Below are positions 21,475 through 30,452 of a stretch of DNA of 64,000 bases, piece by piece (the first letter of the stretch is position 1; each line of letters opens with the position of its first letter). The notes under the pieces are model-generated. The model ran no database searches. It saw only the letters and a list, made by a program, of their open reading frames with translations, and was not told the origin of the DNA. Made by a program: the position numbers and the translations under genes. Source of the DNA: Thermoleophilia bacterium (GTDB lineage: Bacteria > Actinomycetota > Thermoleophilia > Gaiellales > Gaiellaceae); NCBI GenBank assembly GCA_031393705.1, contig JANMWB010000078.1, positions 879 through 64,878 of the forward strand, in the 5' to 3' direction.

Positions 21475-23681
21475 CGCCACGTCGCTCCGACGAGCTCGAC
21501 TTCATCCTCGCCCACCGCGGCCGCAAGCGGAAGCGGACGGCTCGGATTCAGCGTCGCCGCCGCGCGGGCGTCGCCGCAGGCACGTTCGCGATCGTGATCG
21601 GGATCATCTTTGTCACGGTCGGCTTCGGCGCCGGAACCGCGCTCTCCGCGAGCTGCGATCTGAACACGTTGCGACCCGTTGAGATCGGAGCGAACTCGTT
21701 CGTCTACGCAAACGACGGATCGCTGCTCGGGTCGATTCCCGCCGAGCGGAACCGCGAGCCCGTGACGAACACGCAGATGTCGAAGTGGCTGCCCCGTGCG
21801 ACCGTTGCGATCGAGGACCGCCGTTTCTGGCAGCACGGCGGAGTCGACTACGTGGGCATCGCGCGGGCCGCGTGGAAGGACGTCAGCGCCGGCAAGGTCC
21901 TGGAGGGAGGCTCAACGATCACGCAGCAGCTCGTGCGCAACCTCTACACGGGCCAGGAGAAGACGTTCACGCGCAAGATCAAGGAAGCCTGCCTTGCGAT
22001 CAAGCTCGCGCAGAAGTGGCCGAAGCAGAAGGTGCTCGACGAGTACCTGAACACCGTCTACTACGGCAACCACGCGTACGGCGTCGAAGCAGCTGCGCAG
22101 ACGTACTTCTCCAAGCATGCGAGCCAGCTCACCCTCTCTCAGGCGGCGTTGATCGCCGGGCTGCCGCAGGCGCCGTCGGATTACGACCCCTACCACAACC
22201 CGCAGGCCGCGCTCGATCGCCGCGACGAGGTGTTGCGCGCGCTGCTCAAGAACCAGTCGATCACGCTTGCGCAATACGACCGGGCGATCCGCTCCAACAC
22301 GCTCGACCTGCGCGCCGGCCGCATCTACACGAGCATCAAGCAGCCGTACTTCTTCTCGTACGTGATCGACGAGCTCGACCACGCGTACGGATCGAACACG
22401 GTGCGCCAGGGTGGGCTCAAGGTCTATACGACGATCGATCCGCGGTTGCAGCGGCTTGCGAACAAGGCGATTCGCGACATCCTCCCGTACAAGACCGACC
22501 CGGCGTCCGCGATCGTCTCCGTCGAGCCCGGCACCGGGGCGATCCGCGCGATGACCGCCGTCGTGCGTAGCACCGGCAACCAGTTCAACCTCGTCGCGCA
22601 GTCCGCACGCCAGGCGGGCTCGACGTTCAAGACGTTCGTGCTCGCATCGTCGATCGAGCGGGGCATCGATCCGGACTCGACCTACTACACCTCGGCGCCG
22701 TTCACGTGCTCGATCGGCCCTTGGTGTCAGACACCGTGGCAGGTTCACACCTACGACAACTCGTACCGCGGGTCGATGTCTGTGACGCGTGGCACGCTCG
22801 CGTCCGACAACACGATCTACGCGCAACTCACGCTCGACGTCGGCCCACGCTACGTCTGGCAGATGGCGCACCGGCTCGGCGTGCACCTCTCCCCCGACAA
22901 GCCGGTTGCGTCGATCGGGCTCGGCTCGCTGGCCGTCTCACCGCTCGACATGGCGGCGGCCTACGCGACGTTTGCTGCGATGGGCACCTATGCGAAGCCG
23001 ATGGCAATCACGAAAGTGATCCTGCCGGGCGGCCACGAGGACAAGGACTCCGGCTGGGGCAAGCCGCAGACCAAGCGTGCGGTCTCGCAGGCGGTCGCGT
23101 GGAAGGTGACCGACGTGCTGCGCCAGAACGCGCTCTACGGGACGGGCGCCGGCTCGGGTGACGGCCTTCACGTCAACGCAGGCAAGACCGGTACGACCGA
23201 GAATCACGCGGACGCATGGTTCGACGGGTACACCCGCCAGCTCAGCACCGTCGTCTGGATGGGTTACCCGAAAGGGGAGATCCCGATGCTGAGCGTCCAC
23301 GGGCAGACGGTCGCGGGGGCGACGTTCCCGGTGCCGATCTGGCACGAATACATGGCTGCGGCGCTCTGGCACCACAAGGTGCTGGGCTTCGAACTGCCCG
23401 ACAAGTACCCGACCTATCACTCGATCACGCGCGGGAACTACGGCAGCCTTGGTTACGTCTACACCGCGACGACGACGACCGCGACGACCACGTCCGCCGT
23501 GACGACTCAGCAGGCTCCGGCCCCGCCCGTGTCGACGAAGGCCGCGACGCCGAAGCCAAAGACGACGCCCCGGACAACGACGGTTGCCCCGCCACCGCCT
23601 TCGCCGACCACCACCTCTGCCGAGCCGCCGGCGACGACCACGACCGATACGCCGCCGGCCGGCCCCGGGCAGACCCCCTAA
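21471..23681 (+). CDS. Class A penicillin-binding protein (PBP1A, transglycosylase/transpeptidase)
   Basis: N-terminal TM. GT51 motifs EDRRFWQHGGVD and GGSTITQQLVRN. Transpeptidase motifs STFK, SDN and KTGT. Thr/Pro-rich C-terminal tail. ATGA overlap with the MscS gene. Confidence 0.92.
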   Translation: MTPRRSDELDFILAHRGRKRKRTARIQRRRRAGVAAGTFAIVIGIIFVTVGFGAGTALSASCDLNTLRPVEIGANSFVYANDGSLLGSIPAERNREPVTNTQMSKWLPRATVAIEDRRFWQHGGVDYVGIARAAWKDVSAGKVLEGGSTITQQLVRNLYTGQEKTFTRKIKEACLAIKLAQKWPKQKVLDEYLNTVYYGNHAYGVEAAAQTYFSKHASQLTLSQAALIAGLPQAPSDYDPYHNPQAALDRRDEVLRALLKNQSITLAQYDRAIRSNTLDLRAGRIYTSIKQPYFFSYVIDELDHAYGSNTVRQGGLKVYTTIDPRLQRLANKAIRDILPYKTDPASAIVSVEPGTGAIRAMTAVVRSTGNQFNLVAQSARQAGSTFKTFVLASSIERGIDPDSTYYTSAPFTCSIGPWCQTPWQVHTYDNSYRGSMSVTRGTLASDNTIYAQLTLDVGPRYVWQMAHRLGVHLSPDKPVASIGLGSLAVSPLDMAAAYATFAAMGTYAKPMAITKVILPGGHEDKDSGWGKPQTKRAVSQAVAWKVTDVLRQNALYGTGAGSGDGLHVNAGKTGTTENHADAWFDGYTRQLSTVVWMGYPKGEIPMLSVHGQTVAGATFPVPIWHEYMAAALWHHKVLGFELPDKYPTYHSITRGNYGSLGYVYTATTTTATTTSAVTTQQAPAPPVSTKAATPKPKTTPRTTTVAPPPPSPTTTSAEPPATTTTDTPPAGPGQTP

Positions 23682-24646
23682 CCGCTCGGGGCGTTCCCGT
23701 TTAGAGCGCCACGCCAGCGCGCGCCGAGGACATGACGGCTTGCACGTTCCTCGTACACCTGCCTCCCGCGCGCGGCGATCGACGCGCGCAGCTCGTCGTC
23801 GGTCGCGAGCGTTGTCAACGCGCGGGCAAGTGCGTCGGCGTCCTCAGGCGGAACGAGGAGCGCGGTGGCGCCGTCGTCGAGGAGCTCGCGGGCCGCGGGA
23901 GTGTCGGCGGTGATAACCGGCGCTCCCGTCGCGAGCGCTGCAAAGACCGCGGGTGGGATCGCTCGAGACTCGCGGAAGCTGCCGAGCACGATCCCCGCGT
24001 GCGCGAAGGCGATCCCGCGGTCGCCCGCCGGTATCTCTCCGGGCTCGTCGATCCGCACCGGTAGTTCGGGCGCGAGCAGTGCCGCAGCCTCGACGATGTC
24101 ACGCGACGCATCGGCGACGTAGAGCGCGGAGAACGGGTACGCGGGCGACCACGTTTCGCAGAAGACGTCCTCGTCTGCGCCGAGGAAGATCACCGCGGTG
24201 TGCCGCGCGCCAAGCTGTTCGAGGTACGCCGCCTCGACGCGTGTCCCGCACACGACCAGGTCGGGCAGGCGGAGCGCGCGGCTGTCGACGACGCGAAGGA
24301 CCGTCGCTGCCGTCGACCGCGGGCGGAAGCGGCGGCGGACATCGACGAGCTCGTCCTCGAGAGAGAGCACTGCGTCGAATACGAGCCGGCGCTTGCGTGC
24401 GACTCGACGCGCACGCGGCACGTCGAAGTGCCCGGGATAGCCCACGATCACAACATCGAAGTCGCCACGGCGGGCCGTGAACAGCCGCGTCTCCGCGACG
24501 AAGATCTCGAGCGCTCCGAGCAGCCCGCTGCGGCGAATCGGCACCTGGCGCTCGGCGACCTCGACGCCCGCTTCGGTCATGGCGGCGATCGCGTTGATGT
24601 TCCGCGGGTGCTCCCGGTCGTACGTTCCGTAGTAGAGCGCCCTCAC
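23678..24646 (-). CDS. Glycosyltransferase (GT-B, group 1/GT4-like)
   Basis: 322 aa. C-terminal half ALATGAPVITADTPAARELLDDGATALLVPPEDADALA is typical of GT4 nucleotide-sugar binding domains. Confidence 0.7.
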   Translation of the reverse strand: MRALYYGTYDREHPRNINAIAAMTEAGVEVAERQVPIRRSGLLGALEIFVAETRLFTARRGDFDVVIVGYPGHFDVPRARRVARKRRLVFDAVLSLEDELVDVRRRFRPRSTAATVLRVVDSRALRLPDLVVCGTRVEAAYLEQLGARHTAVIFLGADEDVFCETWSPAYPFSALYVADASRDIVEAAALLAPELPVRIDEPGEIPAGDRGIAFAHAGIVLGSFRESRAIPPAVFAALATGAPVITADTPAARELLDDGATALLVPPEDADALARALTTLATDDELRASIAARGRQVYEERASRHVLGARWRGALNGNAPSG

Positions 24647-25941
24647 GGGCCCGTAGTCGTCGCTGCCGTGGTGGTGGGAGTCGCGGCCGTGGTTTCGGGA
24701 GCCGTTGTTGTGGTCGGTGGCGGCGTCGGCGCGGTCGTGGTGGGCGCGGGTGCGACCGTTGTTGCCGGCAGCACCGTCGGCGACGTCGGCGGTGCCACCG
24801 GGGCGGTCGTCACCGGGGCCGTTGTCACCCCATGCGTGGTCGTCTGTTCGGTCGTCGTCTTCGCTGCCGTTGACGCGGGTCTCGTCGAGCCGGCGGTGGC
24901 GACGGTTGGCAGGCTGAGCCCGGTCAGCGGCGTTGTCGTCTCGCCCGCGCCGCCGCCACTCGTTGTGAGCAGCGCGAGTGCGATTCCGCCGGCGAGGAGC
25001 ACGAGCACGAGCGGTATCAGCCAGTACTCGCGCGTCCGGCGCCGCGGCGGCCGCACGGGGCGCAGGATCTGGGTCGCGTCGGCCGCGGCGGGGAGTGCGC
25101 CGGGAGCAAGCAGCATGGTCGCGTCGCCGCCCGTCCCTCGCAACTCACGTAGCAGCGCGGCGCCGTCGGCGGGCCGGTCAGCGGGGTCCTTGGCGAGCGC
25201 GACAGTGGCCAGGCTCTCGAGGCCCGCGGGCGCGTCGCCGCGGAAGTCGGCAACCGAGGGCGGTGCGTCGTCGCGGTGCATGCGAACGAGCTCCATCGCG
25301 TTTGTCGAGACGAACGGGAGCCGTCCGGTCAGTATCCGGAACAGGATCACCCCGAACGAGTAGACGTCGCTGGCCGGTCCGGCGGGGTGACCCGACGCCT
25401 GCTCGGGTGAGATGTACGTCGCCGTACCGAGCACCGTGCCTGCTTCGGTGAGCGTTCCCGACCCGCCCATCCGGGCGATCCCGAAGTCGGCGATCTTCGC
25501 GCGGTCCTCGGAGTCGAACAGGACGTTCGCCGGCTTGAGGTCACGGTGCACGAGGCCTCGTTCATGGGCGTGTGCAAGCCCTGCCGCCATCTCGATCGCG
25601 ATACGCATGGTCTCGTCGTCTGGCAGCGGGCCGCCCTTCAGACGCTCCTCGAGCGATCCGTTCGGCAAGTACTCGAGCACCATGTAAGGCCGCCCATCTG
25701 CCTCGCCGTAGTCGTAGAGCCCGCAGATGTTCGGATGCGAGAGCGCTGCGGCTGAGCGCGCTTCGCGCTCGAAGCGGGCGCGGTCGGCGCTCTGCGCGAG
25801 CATCTTGACCGCGACCTTCCGCTCCAGCTCCTCGTCGTGCGCCAGCCAGACGGAGCTCATCGCCCCGCGTCCCAATGGTTCGAGGAGGCGATAGCGCCCC
25901 GCAATCACTTCGTCGGCCACCGGGGGATTATCGTGATCCAT
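24643..25941 (-). CDS. Ser/Thr protein kinase with single TM and Thr/Pro-rich extracytoplasmic tail
   Basis: Hanks motifs GRGAMSSVWLA, VAVKML, HRDLKPANVL, DFGIA. TM YWLIPLVLVLLAGGIALALL. ATG 25941 chosen; GTG 25920 is an alternative. The track ORF extension to 26436 overlaps moeA. Confidence 0.9.
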   Translation of the reverse strand: MDHDNPPVADEVIAGRYRLLEPLGRGAMSSVWLAHDEELERKVAVKMLAQSADRARFEREARSAAALSHPNICGLYDYGEADGRPYMVLEYLPNGSLEERLKGGPLPDDETMRIAIEMAAGLAHAHERGLVHRDLKPANVLFDSEDRAKIADFGIARMGGSGTLTEAGTVLGTATYISPEQASGHPAGPASDVYSFGVILFRILTGRLPFVSTNAMELVRMHRDDAPPSVADFRGDAPAGLESLATVALAKDPADRPADGAALLRELRGTGGDATMLLAPGALPAAADATQILRPVRPPRRRTREYWLIPLVLVLLAGGIALALLTTSGGGAGETTTPLTGLSLPTVATAGSTRPASTAAKTTTEQTTTHGVTTAPVTTAPVAPPTSPTVLPATTVAPAPTTTAPTPPPTTTTAPETTAATPTTTAATTTGP

Positions 25942-25942
25942 C

Positions 25943-27121
25943 GTGAGCTCCCTGCCCACCAGCGGCGAAGCGCTTGCCCTCGTGCTCGCGCGGGCCCGAT
26001 TGCTCGACGCCGAAGACGTCCCCGTCACGCGGGCCGCGGGCCGCGTCGTTGCCGATCCCGCAGTCGCTGTCACCGACCTTCCGCCCTTCGACAGCTCGGC
26101 GATGGATGGGTACGCAGTGCGTGCCGCGGACACCCCCGGCAGGCTGACAGTCGTCGGCCACTCCGCGGCGGGCCGGCCTGAATCGCGCGCGCTCGGAGCT
26201 GGCGAAGCCATCGTCATCTCGACCGGCGCGGTCGTCCCGGACGGTGCGGACGCGGTCGTCCCGGTCGAGCGCACGTCGGGAGAGGTGGAAGTCGAGCGCG
26301 TCAGTCCGGGCGAGAACGTTCGGCCGCGCGGAGGCGATGCCCGCACCGGTGACGTGATCGTCGAGCGCGGCGACGTGCTTCGGCCCGCGCAGCTCGGCGC
26401 GCTTGCTGCTGCAGGTGTTGCAAGCGTGCGTTGCACGCAGCAGCCGCGTGTCTGCGTGCTCGCGACCGGTAGCGAACTGCGTGCGCCGGGAGAGCAACTC
26501 GCGCCCGGCGAGATCTACGAGTCGAACACGGTGCTGCTCGCGGCGCAGCTCGAGTCGGCGGGTGCGGTGGTGACAGTGCTTGCAGCTGTCGGTGACGACG
26601 AGAGCGCGACGCGCGCAGCGCTCGAGGGCGGCCTCGAGTCCGATGTTCTCGTCACGTCCGGCGGGGTCTCGGTCGGCCCGCACGATCTGGTGCGCGGCGC
26701 GCTGGCCGAGCTTGGTGCGGAGGAGGTCTTCTGGCGTGTCGCAGTCAAGCCTGGAAAACCGATCGCGTTCGCGGTCCGCGGCGAAACGCTGGTGTTCGGG
26801 CTGCCCGGAAACCCCGTCTCCTCGCTGGTCGGGTTCGAGCTCTTCGTCCGCCCCGCGCTACTCGCGCTGCAAGGTGCGCGCGAGCCGGGCCCGGCGTACT
26901 TGCCCGGCAGGCTCGGGGCGAGCGTCCAGCGCAACGACCATCGAGACGAGCTCGTCCGCGCACGCACGCGGATCGAAGGCGGAGCCGTTGTTCTCGATCC
27001 GCTCACCGGTCAGGAGTCGCACATGATCGTGCGCAGTGCCGCGGCGTCCGCGCTCGTTCTCGTCCCGCGCGGGAGTGGTGCGTTGCCTGACGGCGCGCAG
27101 GTCAGCTACTTGCGGATCTGA
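25943..27121 (+). CDS. moeA: Molybdopterin molybdotransferase MoeA
   Basis: DLPPFDSSAMDGYAV and TSGGVSVGPHD motifs; 392 aa; GTG 25943. Confidence 0.9.
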   Translation: MSSLPTSGEALALVLARARLLDAEDVPVTRAAGRVVADPAVAVTDLPPFDSSAMDGYAVRAADTPGRLTVVGHSAAGRPESRALGAGEAIVISTGAVVPDGADAVVPVERTSGEVEVERVSPGENVRPRGGDARTGDVIVERGDVLRPAQLGALAAAGVASVRCTQQPRVCVLATGSELRAPGEQLAPGEIYESNTVLLAAQLESAGAVVTVLAAVGDDESATRAALEGGLESDVLVTSGGVSVGPHDLVRGALAELGAEEVFWRVAVKPGKPIAFAVRGETLVFGLPGNPVSSLVGFELFVRPALLALQGAREPGPAYLPGRLGASVQRNDHRDELVRARTRIEGGAVVLDPLTGQESHMIVRSAAASALVLVPRGSGALPDGAQVSYLRI

Positions 27122-27797
27122 CGGGCGCGTAGGCGGCGCTGCCGCGTGGCGCGACGCCCACCAGCTTCGCATCGACGAGATAGCGGTGAGTTGCGAAGAA
27201 GCGCGGATGGCACGCCTGCAGACGCAGGAGCTCCGCCCCGGTGTCCTTCAGGACGGCGACGGCGTTGTCGGCGACCACGTAGTGGCGGGTGACGCGGTAG
27301 GTGAACGCGCCGTACGGGACCTCGAAGCGAATGTAGTCGCCGACTCGAATGTTGTTGATCGCCGCGAACGGTGCGAGGTAGGTCGTGCGGTGGCCGGCGA
27401 CGTAGACCAGGTGCCCCTCGCCCGGCAGACCGCTGCCGATGTAATGGCCCGGCCCCTTCTTCAGCGTTGCATGATCGGTCCCTTGCACCACGACCATGTT
27501 CAGACCGATGCGCCCGATCCGCAGCCGGCCGACGGGGTCACCGGCGTGGAGCGTGCGCCGGTAGGCGCGCGCCTCGTTTGCGACCTGGCGTTGCACGCTC
27601 GCGAGGTCACCGTGCGTCGGCCGCGCGTGGAACGCACCGGCCCGCCTGTCGTACGCGCTCGAGAGCCTCGCCTGCTGGAAGTGGGTGTAGACCGCGGTGA
27701 ACGGGTCCTGCCAACGCCACACGAGTACGACCCACGCAAGCGTCAGCACTCCCGCGACGATCAGAAACGAACCGAAAATCCTGGATGTCTTGCGCAT
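27102..27797 (-). CDS. Class E-like sortase
   Basis: N-terminal TM. His in VYVAGHRTTYLAPF, Cys in LLRLQACHP, Arg in ATHRYLV, consistent with the sortase catalytic triad. Confidence 0.8.
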   Translation of the reverse strand: MRKTSRIFGSFLIVAGVLTLAWVVLVWRWQDPFTAVYTHFQQARLSSAYDRRAGAFHARPTHGDLASVQRQVANEARAYRRTLHAGDPVGRLRIGRIGLNMVVVQGTDHATLKKGPGHYIGSGLPGEGHLVYVAGHRTTYLAPFAAINNIRVGDYIRFEVPYGAFTYRVTRHYVVADNAVAVLKDTGAELLRLQACHPRFFATHRYLVDAKLVGVAPRGSAAYAPVRSASS

Positions 27798-27800
27798 CGT

Positions 27801-29669
27801 CTAACCCCCGAACGTGCGACGGCGTTCTTCGGTTACGCGCCGCCGGGCGCGAACCGCGAGGATCGTCGTCCGGATGAGTGCTCGGAGCGGCCCGAGGGCG
27901 GGACGCTCGCCGGGCTCCGGGTACGGGGCGTACCGTCCGGCGGTGACCGCCACGAGCTGTGCGGCGCACGCTGCGCCGCCAAGCGTGATCGCGACTGCGG
28001 GCGCATGGACGTAGCCGATTGCGACCAACTCGAGGAGGTACCAGGGCGCATCGAAACCGAGGCCGTAGCGGACACCGAGTGAGAGCATGATCAGTGCCGG
28101 CCCAGCGAGGCCGAGGAGCAGGACGAACGCCCGAGCCGGCGGCTTCCCGGCCTGGACTTGTGGAAGCCAGAGCCATGCGTGCAGCGCCGGGAGGATGAAA
28201 AGCAGCGCGAACGGGTTTGTTGCCAGAATCAGCAACGCCGCGACTCCGAGCGCGAGCAGCGATGCAGTCTCGCCCGCGAGCCGCTCGTCGGCGCCGATTG
28301 CACGACGCGGGACGAGGCGCTGCCGCGAGACGAACCAGCCGGCGAGCACGACGACGCCGAGCGCAATCAGAGCAAGCACCGGCCAGTCACCCGCGACGGT
28401 CGTCGACGGGCTTGGCGGACGCGGTGTGCCCGTCGGCCACGCGCCGAGCACCTTGAACGCGTAGAACGCGAGCCCTGCGAACAGCCAGAAGCCGAGTCGT
28501 GTGCGCAGGCTACGCACGGCCGGGCCCAGCGCGATGCCGCGTCGTCTGCAATGCGCGAACAGGTCGACGACGCCGACGAGGAACGGCACCAGGAAGCTGA
28601 AGAGCACGAGCTCGACCGCCCAGCCGCGCACGATGCGGTCGCCGGCCCACACGAAGCTCGTCGTGCCTTGCGCAAGTTCGAGCCCCTGATCGAGCGACCC
28701 GATCACCTGCTGCGCGGCGCGTCCCATTCCGGTCAACCGCGCATCACTCAGCCTGCCGGCGCGGTCCGTGAATGCGTCGGGCGGTCGCTCGCCTGCGGTC
28801 GTCAAGGTGAGCGCGGGAATGCCGTGCGCGACGAACGGACCCTGTTCGTAGAGCGTGAACGGAAAGCCAAGATCGATCAGTTGATCGACGATCGTCGCGC
28901 GTCGCGGAGCAACTCCGGTCTGCTCCAGCACGCGTCGTGAGGCCGTCTCCACGAATGCGGCCGCCGGTGAGCGTGGCGTGTCGCCTGAGATGACAACACG
29001 CGGCGTCCCTGTGCCTCCAATCGCGTCGAGGTTGATCGTCGCGACGATGTGGAACGGAGCGTGCTCGATGAAACGCGTCGCACCGAGGCCGCCGAATGCG
29101 CCACCGTCCGTCGAGAGGAAAACGATCGTGTGCGAAGAGCGAACGAGTTGTCCTGATGACTGCGCGTAGTTACGGGCGAGCTCGACGAGCGCAGCTGTGC
29201 CGGTCGCGTTGTCGTTCGCACCCGGCCCGACGCCGGTGTCGTCGCGATGCGCCATCACGACGATCGCGTCGCGCGACTGTCCGGCTGCAACTGCCCAAAG
29301 GTTGCGCAGGGTGACGGTGCCGAGACCCGGCACGTTCGCGCGCCACGTGTCGGCTGACAGCGGCAGCGCGTACGGCGCCATCTGGTCGCGGAACCACTGC
29401 CCGGCGCGCAAGGAGCCGGCGCTCGCCGGCGCGCGGTCCGGAGCGACCTTCGCGAAGTCGGCCGCCAGCGCGCGCGTTGCCGCGCCGTCGAAGTTCGGCG
29501 GGAGGATCGGCGCCGACAGTGCGCCGGGCCGGACGATGCTGAAGGCGAGGATCAGGAGCGGCAGCGAGAGGAACAGGAACGCGGCGCGGTAGAGCCGGGC
29601 GTTGACCGGCCGTTCGAGCGAGCCGCGGCGCGCGCGACGACGGCGTGCGGGAGTACGGGGCGCCGCCAT
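27801..29669 (-). CDS. M28 family metallopeptidase fused to a polytopic membrane domain
   Basis: ATG 29669 (MAAPRTPARRRR). IVVMAHRDDTGVGPGANDNATGTAALVELA is the M28 zinc-ligand pattern. The C-terminal half has many hydrophobic helices. The track ORF part above 29669 overlaps the response regulator. Confidence 0.75.
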   Translation of the reverse strand: MAAPRTPARRRRARRGSLERPVNARLYRAAFLFLSLPLLILAFSIVRPGALSAPILPPNFDGAATRALAADFAKVAPDRAPASAGSLRAGQWFRDQMAPYALPLSADTWRANVPGLGTVTLRNLWAVAAGQSRDAIVVMAHRDDTGVGPGANDNATGTAALVELARNYAQSSGQLVRSSHTIVFLSTDGGAFGGLGATRFIEHAPFHIVATINLDAIGGTGTPRVVISGDTPRSPAAAFVETASRRVLEQTGVAPRRATIVDQLIDLGFPFTLYEQGPFVAHGIPALTLTTAGERPPDAFTDRAGRLSDARLTGMGRAAQQVIGSLDQGLELAQGTTSFVWAGDRIVRGWAVELVLFSFLVPFLVGVVDLFAHCRRRGIALGPAVRSLRTRLGFWLFAGLAFYAFKVLGAWPTGTPRPPSPSTTVAGDWPVLALIALGVVVLAGWFVSRQRLVPRRAIGADERLAGETASLLALGVAALLILATNPFALLFILPALHAWLWLPQVQAGKPPARAFVLLLGLAGPALIMLSLGVRYGLGFDAPWYLLELVAIGYVHAPAVAITLGGAACAAQLVAVTAGRYAPYPEPGERPALGPLRALIRTTILAVRARRRVTEERRRTFGG

Positions 29670-29717
29670 TGCAGGGCTATCCTGGCAGTACCGGTCGCAG
29701 GGCGCTCTGCAGAGGCA

Positions 29718-30452
29718 TTGCCCGCGGCGCGACCGATTCCCAAGACCGTGACCGAACCTAACCCCACGATCCTGCTTGTCGACGACGAGGACTCCGTTCG
29801 CAAGGTGCTCGCGTTCCCGCTCGAGCGCGACGGGTTCACGGTCGTCCAGGCCGCAGACGGCGAAGAGGCCCTGCGCCAATTCGCCGCGCACTCGATCGAC
29901 CTCGTGGTGCTCGACATCATGCTGCCGCGACTCGACGGGCTCGAGGTCTGCAAGCGCCTGCGTGCGATGAGCACCGTTCCGATCATCATGCTGACGGCCC
30001 GCGACGACGAGCTCGACAAGGTGATCGGGCTCGAGCTGGGCGCGGACGACTACATCACGAAGCCGTTCTCGATCCGCGAGTTTCGCTCGCGCGTCCGCGC
30101 ACTGCTCCGACGCGCCAAGGCGCCACACACCCCCGGCGAGGAGCCGGAGGAGCGGATCGAGCTGGACGGGCTCGTGATCGACATCCCTCGCAGGACGGTC
30201 GAGGTGCGGGGCGAGCCGGCGCAGCTGACGTTCGTCGAGTTCGAGCTTCTGCGGACGCTCGCGGCGCAGCCCGGTCGCGTCTTCAGCCGCCGCATGCTGC
30301 TGGAAGCGCTCTGGAAAAGCGCCGACTATCGCGATCCGCGCACGATCGACGTCCACGTGCGCCACCTACGCGAGAAGCTCGAGGCGGAGCCGCGGACGCC
30401 TGAGTACATCCTGACCGTGCGCGGCGTCGGCTACCGCTTCCGCGACCGGTGA
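29718..30452 (+). CDS. OmpR-family response regulator
   Basis: Receiver ILLVDDEDSVRKVL...DLVVLDIMLPRLDG and winged-helix C-terminus YILTVRGVGYRF. TTG 29718 or GTG 29748 as start. Confidence 0.9.
   Translation: MPAARPIPKTVTEPNPTILLVDDEDSVRKVLAFPLERDGFTVVQAADGEEALRQFAAHSIDLVVLDIMLPRLDGLEVCKRLRAMSTVPIIMLTARDDELDKVIGLELGADDYITKPFSIREFRSRVRALLRRAKAPHTPGEEPEERIELDGLVIDIPRRTVEVRGEPAQLTFVEFELLRTLAAQPGRVFSRRMLLEALWKSADYRDPRTIDVHVRHLREKLEAEPRTPEYILTVRGVGYRFRDR

Noticed and set aside
24650-24960. Repetitive-looking GGTGGT/GTCGTC DNA, considered as a tandem repeat or CRISPR-like array.
   Set aside because: There is no fixed repeat unit or spacers. It is low-complexity coding sequence for the Thr/Pro-rich kinase tail.
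25942-26436. N-terminal extension of the kinase ORF (597-aa model).
   Set aside because: It overlaps moeA on the opposite strand and is low-complexity S/T/A/R-rich. Hanks subdomain I follows closely after ATG 25941.
29670-30365. Upstream part of the 854-aa minus-strand ORF 27801..30365.
   Set aside because: It lies antisense to the well-supported response regulator gene and has no peptidase-related sequence. The M28 protein begins at ATG 29669, before its basic signal/TM segment.
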